The notes under the pieces: model-generated
The model's input: only the letters and a program-made list of their open reading frames with translations
Database searches by the model: none
Told to the model about the DNA's origin: nothing
Source of the DNA: Schizochytrium sp. TIO01
Taxonomy: Eukaryota > Protista > Bigyra: Labyrinthulomycetes
Direction: 5' to 3'
DNA: 64,000 nucleotides
NCBI GenBank assembly: GCA_004764695.1
Contig: SMSO01000025.1
Coordinates: forward strand, 5,434,862 to 5,498,861
Shown: positions 11,851-23,371 of the stretch, one piece after another
Layout of the letters: every line of letters starts with the position of its first letter
How positions within the stretch are numbered: position 1 is the stretch's first letter
Made by a program: the position numbers and the translations under genes

Positions 11851-13296
11851 ATGAGTGGCATCAATAAGTCAACCAATTCTTGTTTGTCATTGCATTTTCG
11901 ATCGCTCAAGCCCATGTTTGCAGCATGCAGAGCGGCTTCAGGCCGTCGTACGTATGCCTTGCTGGAACTGTCGCCTAGTTGTGGCTCGCGAAGACTTTCT
12001 GGCAAAGGCGGGTCAAAACGAGCCAAGAAGCGGCGCTTGAGACATGGCGAAGCGCCCATGCCGCCACCACCACCAAAGGTCACAGGCACTTCTCTTGACG
12101 ACATGCCGGAGCTAAGAGGAAAGAAGAGTCGACCTCTGCAAGGTGGTGCAACTAAGGCACAGGTAAATCCGAAGCAGCAACGACCTATAGGAATACCAAT
12201 CTCTGCTGCTAAGGCCCAAGCGATGGAAACTCAACGTGAAATGAGAGAGAAATTTGGTCTTGATGAAGAGCCAAAAGCAACTTGGCATGACCTTGTGCGA
12301 CTCGTGCGCACGCAAGATAAAGAAAAACATAAGAAGTTAGAGTCCGAGCAGGAAGAGAAGGGATTTGACCATGATGATCTGCCAGAATTGGACCGAGAAT
12401 TTATTGAGGAAGAGGAGTTCTTCAAGAATTACTATGATCCTGAGGCCCCACTTATACCTGTGGAGGAGCATCGGTGGGTCTGGACTCTGCCAGGGTTTGG
12501 AGAACCCATTAAACCAGGTTCAAAGACAATTGCAGATTCAAGGAAATTGTTCTCAGGTGGGTTTACATACCTGGGTAATGGCGTTTCGTGCGAGCAGGTT
12601 GCCAAGCTCAATCCGGATGCACCAGAGGTTGCTATCATTGGACGGTCCAATGTTGGCAAATCGTCACTAATGAATGCCCTACTCGGCGTCAAGAACCCCC
12701 ATGCGGAAGGTGGGGCCATTGTTTCGAACAAACAAGGAAGGACACGGCAAATCCATGCGTTCGGGCTCGGACGCAATCCTGGCCTTGCAAGGTCCAAGAT
12801 CCGTTCGGAGTACCGACTCGTACTTACTGATCTTCCTGGTTACGGCTATGCAGCAGTATCTACGGAGGCCGTCAAAGATTTGTCCAAGATCATTTTTGAA
12901 TATCTGACGAATCGCGAGCGGAAGCGCCTTGTGCATGCTTTCTTACTTCTTGATGGGCGGGCAGGCATCACCCCCAACGATTTTCAGATGATGCGCATGC
13001 TTGAGGTTGTCAACCTTGAGTACACATGTGTCCTTACAAAATGTGATAGGTTATCTGAAGAGGGCGTTGATAAGGTTGCACGCCATGTAACTGAGACGCT
13101 CGCGCAGCGTGGACATGCTAGATCTTTCCCACGTGTTTTTGGTCTGACAACGAAACCTCAGCTCATGCGAATCGGGGACACGGACAAGTACACAATGGTC
13201 AAAGATGGTAATATCGATCGTCTGCGAGCTGAGCTTCTCATGCAGGTTGACCGTAATGTATCACCCCACTTACTTGATGATCGCGTGGAGATTTAA
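11851..13296 (+). CDS. EngB/YihA/YsxC-family GTPase, probably organelle-targeted (GTPBP8/Mrx8-like)
   Basis: G1 EVAIIGRSNVGKSSLMN, G2 GRTR, G3 DLPGYGYA, G4 TKCD. Arg/Ser-rich N-terminus resembles a presequence; the start could be ATG 11914. Confidence 0.9.
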   Translation: MSGINKSTNSCLSLHFRSLKPMFAACRAASGRRTYALLELSPSCGSRRLSGKGGSKRAKKRRLRHGEAPMPPPPPKVTGTSLDDMPELRGKKSRPLQGGATKAQVNPKQQRPIGIPISAAKAQAMETQREMREKFGLDEEPKATWHDLVRLVRTQDKEKHKKLESEQEEKGFDHDDLPELDREFIEEEEFFKNYYDPEAPLIPVEEHRWVWTLPGFGEPIKPGSKTIADSRKLFSGGFTYLGNGVSCEQVAKLNPDAPEVAIIGRSNVGKSSLMNALLGVKNPHAEGGAIVSNKQGRTRQIHAFGLGRNPGLARSKIRSEYRLVLTDLPGYGYAAVSTEAVKDLSKIIFEYLTNRERKRLVHAFLLLDGRAGITPNDFQMMRMLEVVNLEYTCVLTKCDRLSEEGVDKVARHVTETLAQRGHARSFPRVFGLTTKPQLMRIGDTDKYTMVKDGNIDRLRAELLMQVDRNVSPHLLDDRVEI

Positions 13297-13568
13297 AGAA
13301 CGACTTTTTAACTTTGATTCTCAATTGTTTAAAATTGCTGACAAGATGTTTGAGAAAAGAATTAACAACATAGTTAGATCTCGAGGTTAGAGATTTTGCC
13401 GCAAACTAGCATTACATGCAAAGGCTGGGTCTCTCTGTATATACACATAACGCACATAACCGTTTTTTTTTTTTCCTTTTTTTATAAAACCTGAGAGGCT
13501 CCATTGTTGTTGCCTTGTGCTATTCAAAATATCTTTGAGGACTAAACTATGATGCGTCCTGCTTCCAC

Positions 13569-14120
13569 CTAGGCTTCTTTAGGGCGGTGACGAAAGTAGT
13601 GCGGCAATGGTCTGAAAAGAGCTGCATCTTCGCCAAGCTCGCTAGGGTCCTTGATCCAGCGCCACTCGTAACACTTTTCTGGCTCACATACTCGAACTAC
13701 ATCTTCCTGTCCAGCACGCAAGCGACATTGAACGAAAACACTAATGCTTCCAAACTCAGGGTTATTGCAGGGAAGCATGTTGATTACTTTGGTGGCACTC
13801 TTTTCCAGGTTTTCAGGGAAAACGTTGGTTTCTTCACCAAGTTCGCGCAAAGCTCCTGTCTCAAATTCCTCGCCACGTTCTAGCCAGCCTCCAGGAAGTG
13901 CCCATTGACCACTGCCATGAGAGCCTTTACGAAGACCTACGAGGACCCGTTGTCCATCTGCACTTTGCAGAACAACACCGATGCCAACACCAACTTTGAC
14001 AGGTTTCAAAGAAGCCTTTTTCTTCGAGAAGACCCTTTGAGCGAAAGCATAGCCCAGTGCAGCTGCTGCACCTGCTATAATGGCGTATGAAGCAACGCTC
14101 CCTTGAGTCAGAGAAATCAT
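13569..14120 (-). CDS. Nudix hydrolase (NUDT15/plant NUDX1-like) with an N-terminal membrane anchor
   Basis: VGVGIG, RKGSHGSGQWALPGG, Nudix box GG.LE.GE......LRELGEET, EPEKCYEWRW. Confidence 0.9.
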   Translation of the reverse strand: MISLTQGSVASYAIIAGAAAALGYAFAQRVFSKKKASLKPVKVGVGIGVVLQSADGQRVLVGLRKGSHGSGQWALPGGWLERGEEFETGALRELGEETNVFPENLEKSATKVINMLPCNNPEFGSISVFVQCRLRAGQEDVVRVCEPEKCYEWRWIKDPSELGEDAALFRPLPHYFRHRPKEA

Positions 14121-15443
14121 ATTATGTCTGCTTCAACCACTAGCCCAAAGGATGGCAAGACAGAATCTTGAAACCCACGGAATTGGCAAGCACACGCAGG
14201 ATTAGCCAAGATGCGGGGTTTGATGATACAACGACAATGTTGCTTTGTTTTGATTGATCGAGTTCTAGACCTGTGTGAGAGGGGTTAGTCAAACCGCAGT
14301 GCTATGATCATCGACCAGCCTCAGCTCTGCTTTTTCAGGCTTAGGCAAGACGACGAGCAGCCTTTGTGGGGGGGAATGCCTCTCTTGACCTACAAAGCCA
14401 CAACCACTTACCCTCCTGAGACAGTGATGCAGAGCAAGCTTCAAGCTTGCTCTCTTCTGAGTTTCGAGTTTGCGAGTTTGTCCTTAAGTAAAAACGTACT
14501 TCGATGATAGAGATAATACCAAGAAGAAAAGGTCCCTGCTAGTAGTACACCATTCAGAAACGAGTTTCCACGTCTGCTGACAATAGCAATTCTTGAGCTT
14601 CGGTAAGTTGTACAAACTAGTCCTTGAAAACTTTAAAGCGAGGTGTTCTTGGATTGTTCGTTTGAGCACTCGCAGAATCGCCATTCGCTGCACGTACTTA
14701 CATTTCAAGATGGATCAAGCCCAAAAAACTCATCAAAGAAAAAAGATAATCTTACAATTTCTAGTAAGTAGTAAATAGAGCCTTCTTCTCATTGTTGCAG
14801 CTATTGAACAAAGGAATCGAAGTCATGAACTATTTTCTCTCCAAACAACACAATAAGTCATTATTTTGACCAGGATGGCAATGATGTGCGGAGATCAGAT
14901 TTCGTTTGAGAGGGCCATAAGTTAACCCGATTCACAGTGCAATTATGAACACTTAAAGCAAGCTTCGTAAAGAGAGCACTGAGCTCGCCATGACCAAGCA
15001 TCGGAATCTCAGATAAAACAAACTCCGTGAAAGTATTTTGATTAGTCAGACACACCACTTTTCTCGTACACACTCTACATCCCACTTATAGACATCACTC
15101 TCCTTTACAAGGTACTATGTAATACAATCAAAACTAAATTATATTTTTAAACCTAAACCAGCCAAACGGAACCTTGAGGTCATGCATCGTAGACTGCATG
15201 AACCCAGCCGAGGTTCATGTTGCATTAGTGATTACATCTACAAAACATTTCCAGAATCGCTTCTCCTTGTCGCCGTCACCATAATAGAGCAATAATCGAA
15301 TTTATGATTTATAAATAGTTTCTCATCATCATTAAAAAGTGGAATGAAATATAATACAGATTCCATTGACAAATTGTCAAGCACAAAAAGCAGCGCCGCA
15401 GACCGCTCTGGAGCGAGGAAGTTGGCGGCGCTTATCGAGGCTC

Positions 15444-18400
15444 ATGCGTCCCGCAGGCCGCTGGGCCACGGGTGGGCGTGGCGGCCGCGGTGGTTCTCGC
15501 GGAGGCGGTCGCGGCTCCCGGGGTCGGCCAGCAGCGGCCACGCCGGCCTCCTTGGCTGCTCTGCAGCAGCAGCAGCTAGAGGCAGACGCGAGGCAGCGTA
15601 ACGCTGGACCGCTGAGACTGGCACTGCTCATTTGGGCTTTGGTAATTATCTTGCAGGGAGAACCCTCGCCGGGAAAACCAAGGGGCTCCGGCAGACACAA
15701 GCTGCGAGGCAACAACCTCGCGCTCGCCAGGAACTCCTCTGACGATGCCAATATTCACGCTGAAAATGAAATGGGGAACAAAGGGTTGGCTGAGGGTTCA
15801 TATGCAGAAGGCAAATATTCAACGAGAAAGTCCTCGTCCAGAGCGGCCAGAAGAGGACGCGAAGGCGCCGAGAATAATGAGAGTGAAGATGAGGATGACC
15901 TCGGACCATTTGCAGCTTTCGAACAAATTCTTAATGACAGGAGAAATGCTCTCGGAGATGTTATTGCGACTTTTGGAAAAGCCGAAGAGGCTCTGAAGTT
16001 CCCAAAAAATCTGTCTGGCACGCTCACAGGAGAGTACTATTTGGAGGCAGAAGCAATGGGTTTTGACTTTGGGTTTACAAGTGATGATGACGACGCATTT
16101 AGGGGGCAAGGCGAAGAAGCAAGCCTTTATGAAAAAACAAAGAGGCAAGATGATGGTACAGAGGATAATAATGATCATTTATTGTGGCTTCGGGATCAGC
16201 AACGGATAATTTCGAACTCTAAACAGTTCCTGCACGTACACTCGGCAACGGAGGTTTTGGACAACTTTACACAACCGGAGAAAGGGATCCAATTTAGGTC
16301 GAACAAGGGTGAGTTTGTCCTGCGTTTGGAGTTTGTCAAGACAAAGATTGAGGGTTTGCAATACGTATCAGGCACGGTGAGCATCGTGGTTGGCGCCACA
16401 CACTCTATTCGGGATGTGTATACTTATGTCGCTGGATACTATATTGAGAACACCGGCGAGCTGACGCTGCTTGTCAATTCGCCAGCCTATCCAAATTCAC
16501 ACGTTGGCGTTGACTTTCGCTCGCACAAGTCTGACGCGAAGCTCCTCCTTGATTCCACTAAAGCTCAGGAAGACGAAGCATATCATGAAATGCCCAGCAA
16601 ACCTGGGAGTAGCTCTTCTGAGGAATCGGGAAGGTTATACGCTGATGCAGAGAATACAGAGACTGAGAATACCCATACCGATCATATGCGGGAAGTTATT
16701 CTTGCATCATTAGATTCGACTGATAACAAGAAGCCTTCGGATCACAATAAAAAAGTGGAAGTAGGAGGTGTACATAACGAGTTGGAGATGAACTCATCAT
16801 CAAAGTCGACAGAGTCTTTGAGCGAAACAAAGTCATCCTCATCTGCTGTGCAAAATAAACAACAAGGTGCTAGCGAGACTGTGGTGTCTCAAGGTTCGTC
16901 AATATCATCTACAACCAGTCCTGCAAAGACCCGCGAGAATGATGAAAGTCTCGAGGCGGCACCTGTTTTGTTCGATGACAAGCAAGGAGCACAGGAAGTT
17001 CTAGATGACATTGGAACCCAAACTAAGGAATCCCCGTCAAGCCTGGTGTCATTACCTCATGCTGGAAGTAAAGACGAAGATTCAGGCGAAGAGGATGCTG
17101 GACTGAGCCAGAACCAGATTAAGGAGCAAGTACGTCAAGAAGAAGGGTCTTCAAATTCGCCGACCAGTAAGGAACAACTCGCTTTAACGCCAACAGTGAA
17201 ACATGATGCCTTTTTGGAGATGATAAATATGCTTGACACGACCGAGGAAGCTAAGGCGCTCTTGGATGGCCCTCGCTGGTCTCGATTGTGGGACACTGAG
17301 CTTGGCGTCGACAAAGGCCGTATCCAACGAAAGTCGAGGGCAAACACACTTTATGGTGCAGAACCTCCTTGTTTCCTCCGCATGGAACTCTTTGTCCACC
17401 CTGTCGGAAGTTCTACGAAGGATAAGGACCAAGTTGGAAACACATTGGTTCTGGGTTCAGGGACTGAGTTGAGGGTTACCACAGTAGAAGGTACTGTGCA
17501 GAGTCCGAATTGCCCAAACCCCGACTTCAAGGTGAAAATGCAAACCTATGGCGAGGACATTGGACGGCTATTAACCAAAGCGACCGACTTCTTTTCTGTG
17601 GATCTCCCGTTCACGATTCTCGGTGCCGTCTCTCTTGTGACACAATATGTTCATACACGTTCACTTCCGCGTGCCGCGCAAGTCTCGCTTTTGACTATTG
17701 GCGGTCTTGGTTTACTTGACGGCTGTCTTGCGCTAGCATACTTGAGCAGTGGGCTCTTGGTTGAGAAGCTCGGATCCTCAGCAGTGCTTGTGGCCCTGGC
17801 TAAATCGTTGCTTGTCACATTTCTCGAGATGCGCTACTTGATGACGATTTGGAGAGGCCGCCATCCTCAAACAGCATGGGATACCTGGGCTGAAATGGAG
17901 CGCTTGCAGCGACGTCTATCAAAGCGCTTCCAAGCCGCGTTCGTTGCTACGATTGTGATTCTTTTTATTTTTCTCGAGTTCCATCGCATCCTCTGGTTCA
18001 TTGCGTTATCCTTTTGGGTGCCGCAAATTTATTGTAACATCAAGTTCAACTCGGCGACGCAGGTGCACCCGTTCTTTATTGTCGCAACTTCTTTGACCCA
18101 ACTTCTCGTTCCGATGTACATATACGCATGCCCGAAGAACTTTCTTACATTACTGGTAAGGAGTCCTACGATTGGTAACAGCCCTGTCTATGCCAGCTTT
18201 CTTGCGCTGTGGGTGATTTTACAAGTCATGGTGCTTTTTATCCAGCGTTGCATCTCCCCGCACGCATTTATTCCTGCGCGTTTCCTCCCCCCCAAATATG
18301 ATTACAACCGCAAGATTCCTGAGCGTTTGCGCGATACTCAGTGTGCAATTTGCTTGCTTGCTGTGACTGGAGTTGATGAAGAGCACATGATCACTCCTTG

Positions 18401-18491
18401 TAATCACTTATTTCATCGCGATTGTCTTCGCGTTTGGATCAATGAGAAGTTAGAATGCCCGACTTGTCGCGCCGCTCTTCCTCCAGTGTAA
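15444..18491 (+). CDS. Transmembrane RING-H2 E3 ubiquitin ligase, Tul1/Dsc1/FLY type
   Basis: N-terminal signal/TM segment, long luminal region, about 7 TM helices with SFWVPQIY.N and Y.YACP.NF, C-terminal RING-H2 CAIC...MITPCNHLFH..CL..W...KLECPTCR..LPP. First ATG at 15444. Confidence 0.88.
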   Translation: MRPAGRWATGGRGGRGGSRGGGRGSRGRPAAATPASLAALQQQQLEADARQRNAGPLRLALLIWALVIILQGEPSPGKPRGSGRHKLRGNNLALARNSSDDANIHAENEMGNKGLAEGSYAEGKYSTRKSSSRAARRGREGAENNESEDEDDLGPFAAFEQILNDRRNALGDVIATFGKAEEALKFPKNLSGTLTGEYYLEAEAMGFDFGFTSDDDDAFRGQGEEASLYEKTKRQDDGTEDNNDHLLWLRDQQRIISNSKQFLHVHSATEVLDNFTQPEKGIQFRSNKGEFVLRLEFVKTKIEGLQYVSGTVSIVVGATHSIRDVYTYVAGYYIENTGELTLLVNSPAYPNSHVGVDFRSHKSDAKLLLDSTKAQEDEAYHEMPSKPGSSSSEESGRLYADAENTETENTHTDHMREVILASLDSTDNKKPSDHNKKVEVGGVHNELEMNSSSKSTESLSETKSSSSAVQNKQQGASETVVSQGSSISSTTSPAKTRENDESLEAAPVLFDDKQGAQEVLDDIGTQTKESPSSLVSLPHAGSKDEDSGEEDAGLSQNQIKEQVRQEEGSSNSPTSKEQLALTPTVKHDAFLEMINMLDTTEEAKALLDGPRWSRLWDTELGVDKGRIQRKSRANTLYGAEPPCFLRMELFVHPVGSSTKDKDQVGNTLVLGSGTELRVTTVEGTVQSPNCPNPDFKVKMQTYGEDIGRLLTKATDFFSVDLPFTILGAVSLVTQYVHTRSLPRAAQVSLLTIGGLGLLDGCLALAYLSSGLLVEKLGSSAVLVALAKSLLVTFLEMRYLMTIWRGRHPQTAWDTWAEMERLQRRLSKRFQAAFVATIVILFIFLEFHRILWFIALSFWVPQIYCNIKFNSATQVHPFFIVATSLTQLLVPMYIYACPKNFLTLLVRSPTIGNSPVYASFLALWVILQVMVLFIQRCISPHAFIPARFLPPKYDYNRKIPERLRDTQCAICLLAVTGVDEEHMITPCNHLFHRDCLRVWINEKLECPTCRAALPPV

Positions 18492-18989
18492 TTCACGAAT
18501 TGCTAGAGTTGAACACATAACTCAATTCTATGCCTCTAGACTAACTTGAAAATTTTACTCGACTAAAATATCAAATGCATTCATGCTTTTCTCTACTTCA
18601 GATCATATACATTCACTGTCATTCAAAGTTGGCATGTTTTAGATTCCCTCTAGTTCTCTAAGCTTTTGCCTGACTCGTTAATACGTTAATATTATTCAAA
18701 ACAACGCATTACCTATCTTCCTTTTTTTCTTTTTAGAAACACACGTAAGTGGACTTCTTATAATTGATTTTCGAGAAATGCGCTTGTGCAGCAAAACCTC
18801 GAACTCAAATAGTTGGCATGATATGTTTTTTTCGTTGCGTTGCTTTCTTTTATAAAAAGGACTACTTTTGAATTAAGAATTAAGAATTAAAATTGAAGGC
18901 TTCATAAAATACCAGAATAAAGTGAAACGCAAATAGACTACCTAGAATTTCATCAAGCAAAAGAATTGCAACACGTTAACCACTCACTG

Positions 18990-19200
18990 CCCCTGCGTTT
19001 GATTCGCTTCTCGGCCTTCGAAGCTTTGTGTATTCCCCACAGGCAGTTGCAAGAGATCTCCAAAGCAGCGAGTCTCGAGAAAGAGCCCGAGTTGATCTTC
19101 ACAGTAGTGTTACATCGTTTGGCAAACGACGTCTCTATGCCTTCATCGCCCAGGCTCCGCTCTCCTTTCAAACAAACTACCAAACCACGGCCGACTGGAC
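18990..19200 (+). pseudogene. Possible decayed N-terminal fragment of a DDE_Tnp_4 (Harbinger/ISL2EU-like) transposase
   Basis: Peptide IRFSAFEALCIP...E..FTVVLHRLA loosely resembles the FRF..L..P...E...L.RLA HTH region of these transposases. No ATG and no DDE core seen. Confidence 0.2.
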
Positions 19201-20962
19201 TCCGTCCTCCAGAGCGGCTTTTCCTCAGTGTACCAGGGACGCGCATGTGCTCAGTGTCGCAGTACGCATACACGGATGTGCAACTTTCACAGCGCCTTTG
19301 TGGAAGCGAAGCGCGTGAATGCCCTACAAACAAACAACTGTGGTGGTAATCTCGCTGGTCCCTCCAATCTATTAAGTATAGGACTAACTAGCTGACGCCT
19401 GCCTACGTACGTATGTCACGATTCCGTCGACAGGCGCGTTTTCCACGCAAGAGTTGACGGCAGCAATCACGATGATAATGCTCCTTTCCGTAAGCATCAA
19501 GTGCGGACGCCGACATTTTACGTCGCGGAAACCAAGCCTTCCTGCAGCTGTCTATCTACGGTCGGCTTTCGGTGGACTCTCTCTCCCTCTCTCACTTTCG
19601 CAGTACGCAGGACCGCCGCAAGTGTCGTCTTGGAATCATGGCATGGCATCGGCAGCCCTGCCTTCTGTTCTTTCGTTCCATTGTGGGCCCTGCTCCACCC
19701 GAACCGTTCTTTTCTCTTCTTTCTCTCTTTCTTTCTTTCTTTGTAAAAATTAAATGAGAAGATCTGTGAACTTCGAGTTCAAGTTTGAACTTTCACGAAC
19801 GAAGAGAGATTCCGCGTTTCTCTCCGCTCGCTTCGGCCATCTCGTCCACGAGTTCGAGAGACGGCGCCGGTCAGGACGCAGGCGAAGACTCGCTTCGAGC
19901 CGGCTCGTCTCGACCCGACCCGACTCTGCGCAGCCCGCCCGTGGTCCGCCTCGCTCAGGCTCAAAGCTTGCTTCTTGCTTTTCAGACTCGCAAGCAGACG
20001 CGATGAACTCCATCTCAGCCGCCGACGGCCCAAAACCTGCTCTAGGCAGCTCTAGGCAGGCATCCGGCCAGCCAGCCAGCCAGCCAGCCTGCCTGGGCAG
20101 GCACTGGCCACAGGTCTCGCAGCTGCGCAGGGCCCCAAGGTCCTCGAGGATGGATCCCAAGAATTCCTAAACTTCAAGTTGGTCGTGAAAGTCAACGATG
20201 GTCTCAATCAATCGATCAATCAATCAATCAAGAGCGCCCTGGCGCATTGCTAGCGCCCTCCTAACCTAAACCGTAGCCCGGGCTGAGCGAGGCGGTCTTC
20301 CTCGAGACGATGCTACGAATTCTGTCTGTCTTTGGAGCTCTCGACGGAGCGAACGAAGGAAAGAAAGCGCCGATTCAGAGCGAGGCAAGTGCAAAAGACG
20401 GGCCCTGCATCACGAGGAGACCGAAGACCGTCTCCACGGGCCTCGACTCGGGCCTTGCCGGAGCCTCGCCCTCCCTGGTGCCCGAGGGCTCACTCACGCA
20501 GGGATTGCAGTTGACGATGCCTGCAGTGGGCGAAGAACTGAAGAAGAGACCTCTTTCAACGTGCTGAGCAGAGGCCGGCTGTCCCCGGCGCAGAGCCTTG
20601 AAAGCTCGCTTGGTGAAAACCCATAAAGGTCGTGAACGCGGCTCCGTATGCTTCTAACAAACGCTACGGTGGCTCATGAGAAATATTTTACGATCGATCG
20701 ATCAGTCAACCAATCGATGAAAAGACATCTTCGAAGAACAAGTGCAAAGGATTACTACGGAGGGACTATGTTATGATGTGCGTAGGAGGCACTAGGAACC
20801 AAACAAGAACAAAACTTTTGCGTAGGTTGCAGTACTTTGGGAAAGTGAGCTGATGGAAGGAAGAGGTTGAGGAAGCAGCAGAACCTTAAGAGGCTCAAAG
20901 AGGAACTGCAGAACGGAGACTTCGTGGCCTGCACAAACTTGCTGTGAACGTCCTTTGTTGAG

Positions 20963-20964
<2 letters not shown>

Positions 20965-20997
<33 letters not shown>
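20965..20997 (+). repeat. (CTG)n microsatellite
   Basis: About 11 perfect trinucleotide units. Confidence 0.95.
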
Positions 20998-20999
<2 letters not shown>

Positions 21000-21629
21000 G
21001 AACCTGCTTCCAACTCAAGTGAAAGGAGGCTGGCAAAGAGAGAACGAAGGCTTGCAGGTACGGGCTAGCTCTTGATAGCTGGGCTCGTGTTCAAGGCTTT
21101 CAAGACTGTCGACGGACTCGAAGGCAAACGCAGGTTGCAAGTTGCTTCTGATACATTCGATCTCCCAGGCGTGGGTTCCCAGGTACACCTACCTACCTAC
21201 CTATCTACCTGCCTAGGTACCTGCCCAGGCTGCCGTACTGTAGCTTTGTTCTTGCGCATCGACTGCGGAGAAGGAGTTTGGAGATCTGACTCCACGGCTT
21301 GCTCGTTCGTTTGTTTGGACAGATTGCCAATCGAAAGTTGTTGCATTCTGTCTGCACTCATTCGTAGGAAGCGGGCGGGTACCTAGCTAGCTAGAGAGCT
21401 AGCTACCTAACTAGCTAGCTAGCTAGCGACCTTCCTAGTGAGCAGAGATTCACAAGCTGGAAGGCCAAGAACCATAAGCGGTCCCAGAAGCTGGTGTCGC
21501 GGTGATTGAGAGAGCAAACCCCTAATCGCCAGGTTTGGAGCGGAATAGCTATTGAAAAACTGGGGCGAGCACGCAAGGTCTCGCTTCTTCTGCGGGCAGG
21601 AGAGGCCAGCCCTCGTAGAACACAGCATC

Positions 21630-22523
21630 ATGAGCCTCGAGATTTGTGTCAAGGGCCTGGTACGGGTACAGTGCAGGTCTGAACATGAGGTGGCACTCAA
21701 TTTTCATTGGGCGGAGCTGCGAAAAGCAATGGTTTGCGAGGATATAAAATCCTGCCTCCAGAGCGAGAAGTTGCCTGCCAAAGCAGCAAGGTTTGTACCT
21801 GAAAGCGCAAATGCAAACTGGGCCTTTGCCTTGGCAAAGGTGGTCGTGCTCCTCGACGCAGACATCGATGCCTTGGAAGCATCAAAGAGGCTCTCTTGTG
21901 AGCTTTATAATAAAGGGTTTGCCGCCTTTGCGAGCAAGTCAGGCTGGTTGCGTATTGTCTGGCGAGATGACTACGCTTTATTACGTACGAATGAGACAGA
22001 AGGCGCCCTTTTGAAAGCAAAGGTCAAGTGTTTGACTGGCTCAAACTTCTTCAGCAAGGTATGGTACCCTTCACAGCCTCGAGTTTCAACATCGTACCAT
22101 GGCACAAGCTGCACAATTATTTGCAAGCCTGGGGTTGTAACATTACCCCCCCAGTCATCATGGAGTGAGCGCAGCGATGCTCTCGAGAGGCTGGTGACTT
22201 CCGAGGAGTGGAACTCGCTCGTAAGTATCTTGGCCAATTTTGTTGAAGAGCTGCATAAGGCACGAAACAAACCTGCTCTCTCAAAAGAAACGCAGGAGCA
22301 TATCCGAAAGCTTTTTAAGCGGGCTCGTGTACATATTCAAACGACGTCAAGCTCCCGATTTGCAGTGCTTTTAATCTTTGGAAAGAAACGTTGCCCACCA
22401 ATTGCTCCACCGGAGTGTATTCCTACCGCTTCCTTAGAGCCTAGCCAATCAGCAATCCAACAAAATGTTGATGAGCAAGGTCTACCTATTGCATTGCCCG
22501 TCGCGAGCTCTGTTGACTCGTAA
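21630..22523 (+). CDS. Hypothetical protein (about 297 aa), no family recognised
   Basis: Long non-repetitive ORF with coding-like composition, ATG at 21630, TAA followed by an AT-rich 3' region. Confidence 0.6.
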   Translation: MSLEICVKGLVRVQCRSEHEVALNFHWAELRKAMVCEDIKSCLQSEKLPAKAARFVPESANANWAFALAKVVVLLDADIDALEASKRLSCELYNKGFAAFASKSGWLRIVWRDDYALLRTNETEGALLKAKVKCLTGSNFFSKVWYPSQPRVSTSYHGTSCTIICKPGVVTLPPQSSWSERSDALERLVTSEEWNSLVSILANFVEELHKARNKPALSKETQEHIRKLFKRARVHIQTTSSSRFAVLLIFGKKRCPPIAPPECIPTASLEPSQSAIQQNVDEQGLPIALPVASSVDS

Positions 22524-22754
22524 ATCGCTGTCACAGAAATGACGGAACTTACCACGTCAAATTATCATGTTATCTAACAGAATATTATATTTATACTAAA
22601 GATTATTTTAGGCTTCTACTAGCCTCGTTCTGATACGTAGTTGTTCGACTGAAATAATAGGTACGTTGTATGCTGGCTCCTTACAAATATAGATACTATA
22701 GTATTCACGCGCATTCGTTCCTGTCTCTGATAATTTTTATTAAAAGATGATTGC

Positions 22755-22857
22755 ATGTATGTATGTATGTATGTATGTATGTATGTATGTATGTATGTAT
22801 GTATGTATGTATGTATGTATGTATGTATGTATGTATGTATGTATGTATGTATGTATG
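22755..22857 (+). repeat. (ATGT)n tetranucleotide microsatellite
   Basis: About 25 perfect units. Confidence 0.98.
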
Positions 22858-23371
22858 CATACATACACGGAATGTAAAATGTCCCTTCATATATCGATTT
22901 GCTGAAGCGAGGCAAATATTCAGCCCAGAAATCTTTTCTAAAATGAACAAGGCAGCAAACAAACGTAGGGATTCTTTTGAAGGGTAGTGACACGGTAGGC
23001 ATAGAAAACATCAGATATTTTTTTTGTGTGATAGTAAGCTAAAGTATGTCTTAGGATTTTGTTGCAGTTATTTCTATCGATCTTGTTAGTTGCCATCAAT
23101 TTTAAAACAAACAAATAATACCTGGCTGACTGATCATTCCATCAACTACACCCTCCAAGTGTAGTAATCAATACAAAACAATAAAAAGTTTACAGAAGGG
23201 GGACCAAGGATCTGGTGCGTATCAAGCGAGGATATTGGCGCTTTACGCGAGACAACGCACACAAATAAGCAAAGTCGGAAATTATAAATGAAATCATGGA
23301 GAAGCTCTCGCGTCGGATCCCACCATCACTACTCATGCTTCTTCACAAGCAAATAAAGTCATCATGGTTAC

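Noticed and set aside
19454-21400. Several 80-140 aa ORFs on both strands
   Set aside because: Low-complexity Arg/Ser/Ala translations of GC-rich simple repeats with no domain signal.
22619-23011. ORFs with YIHT/MYVC repeats, and likewise the poly-L/C/A ORFs at 25704-26064 and the YI ORFs at 31514-31875
   Set aside because: Artefacts of translating microsatellites.
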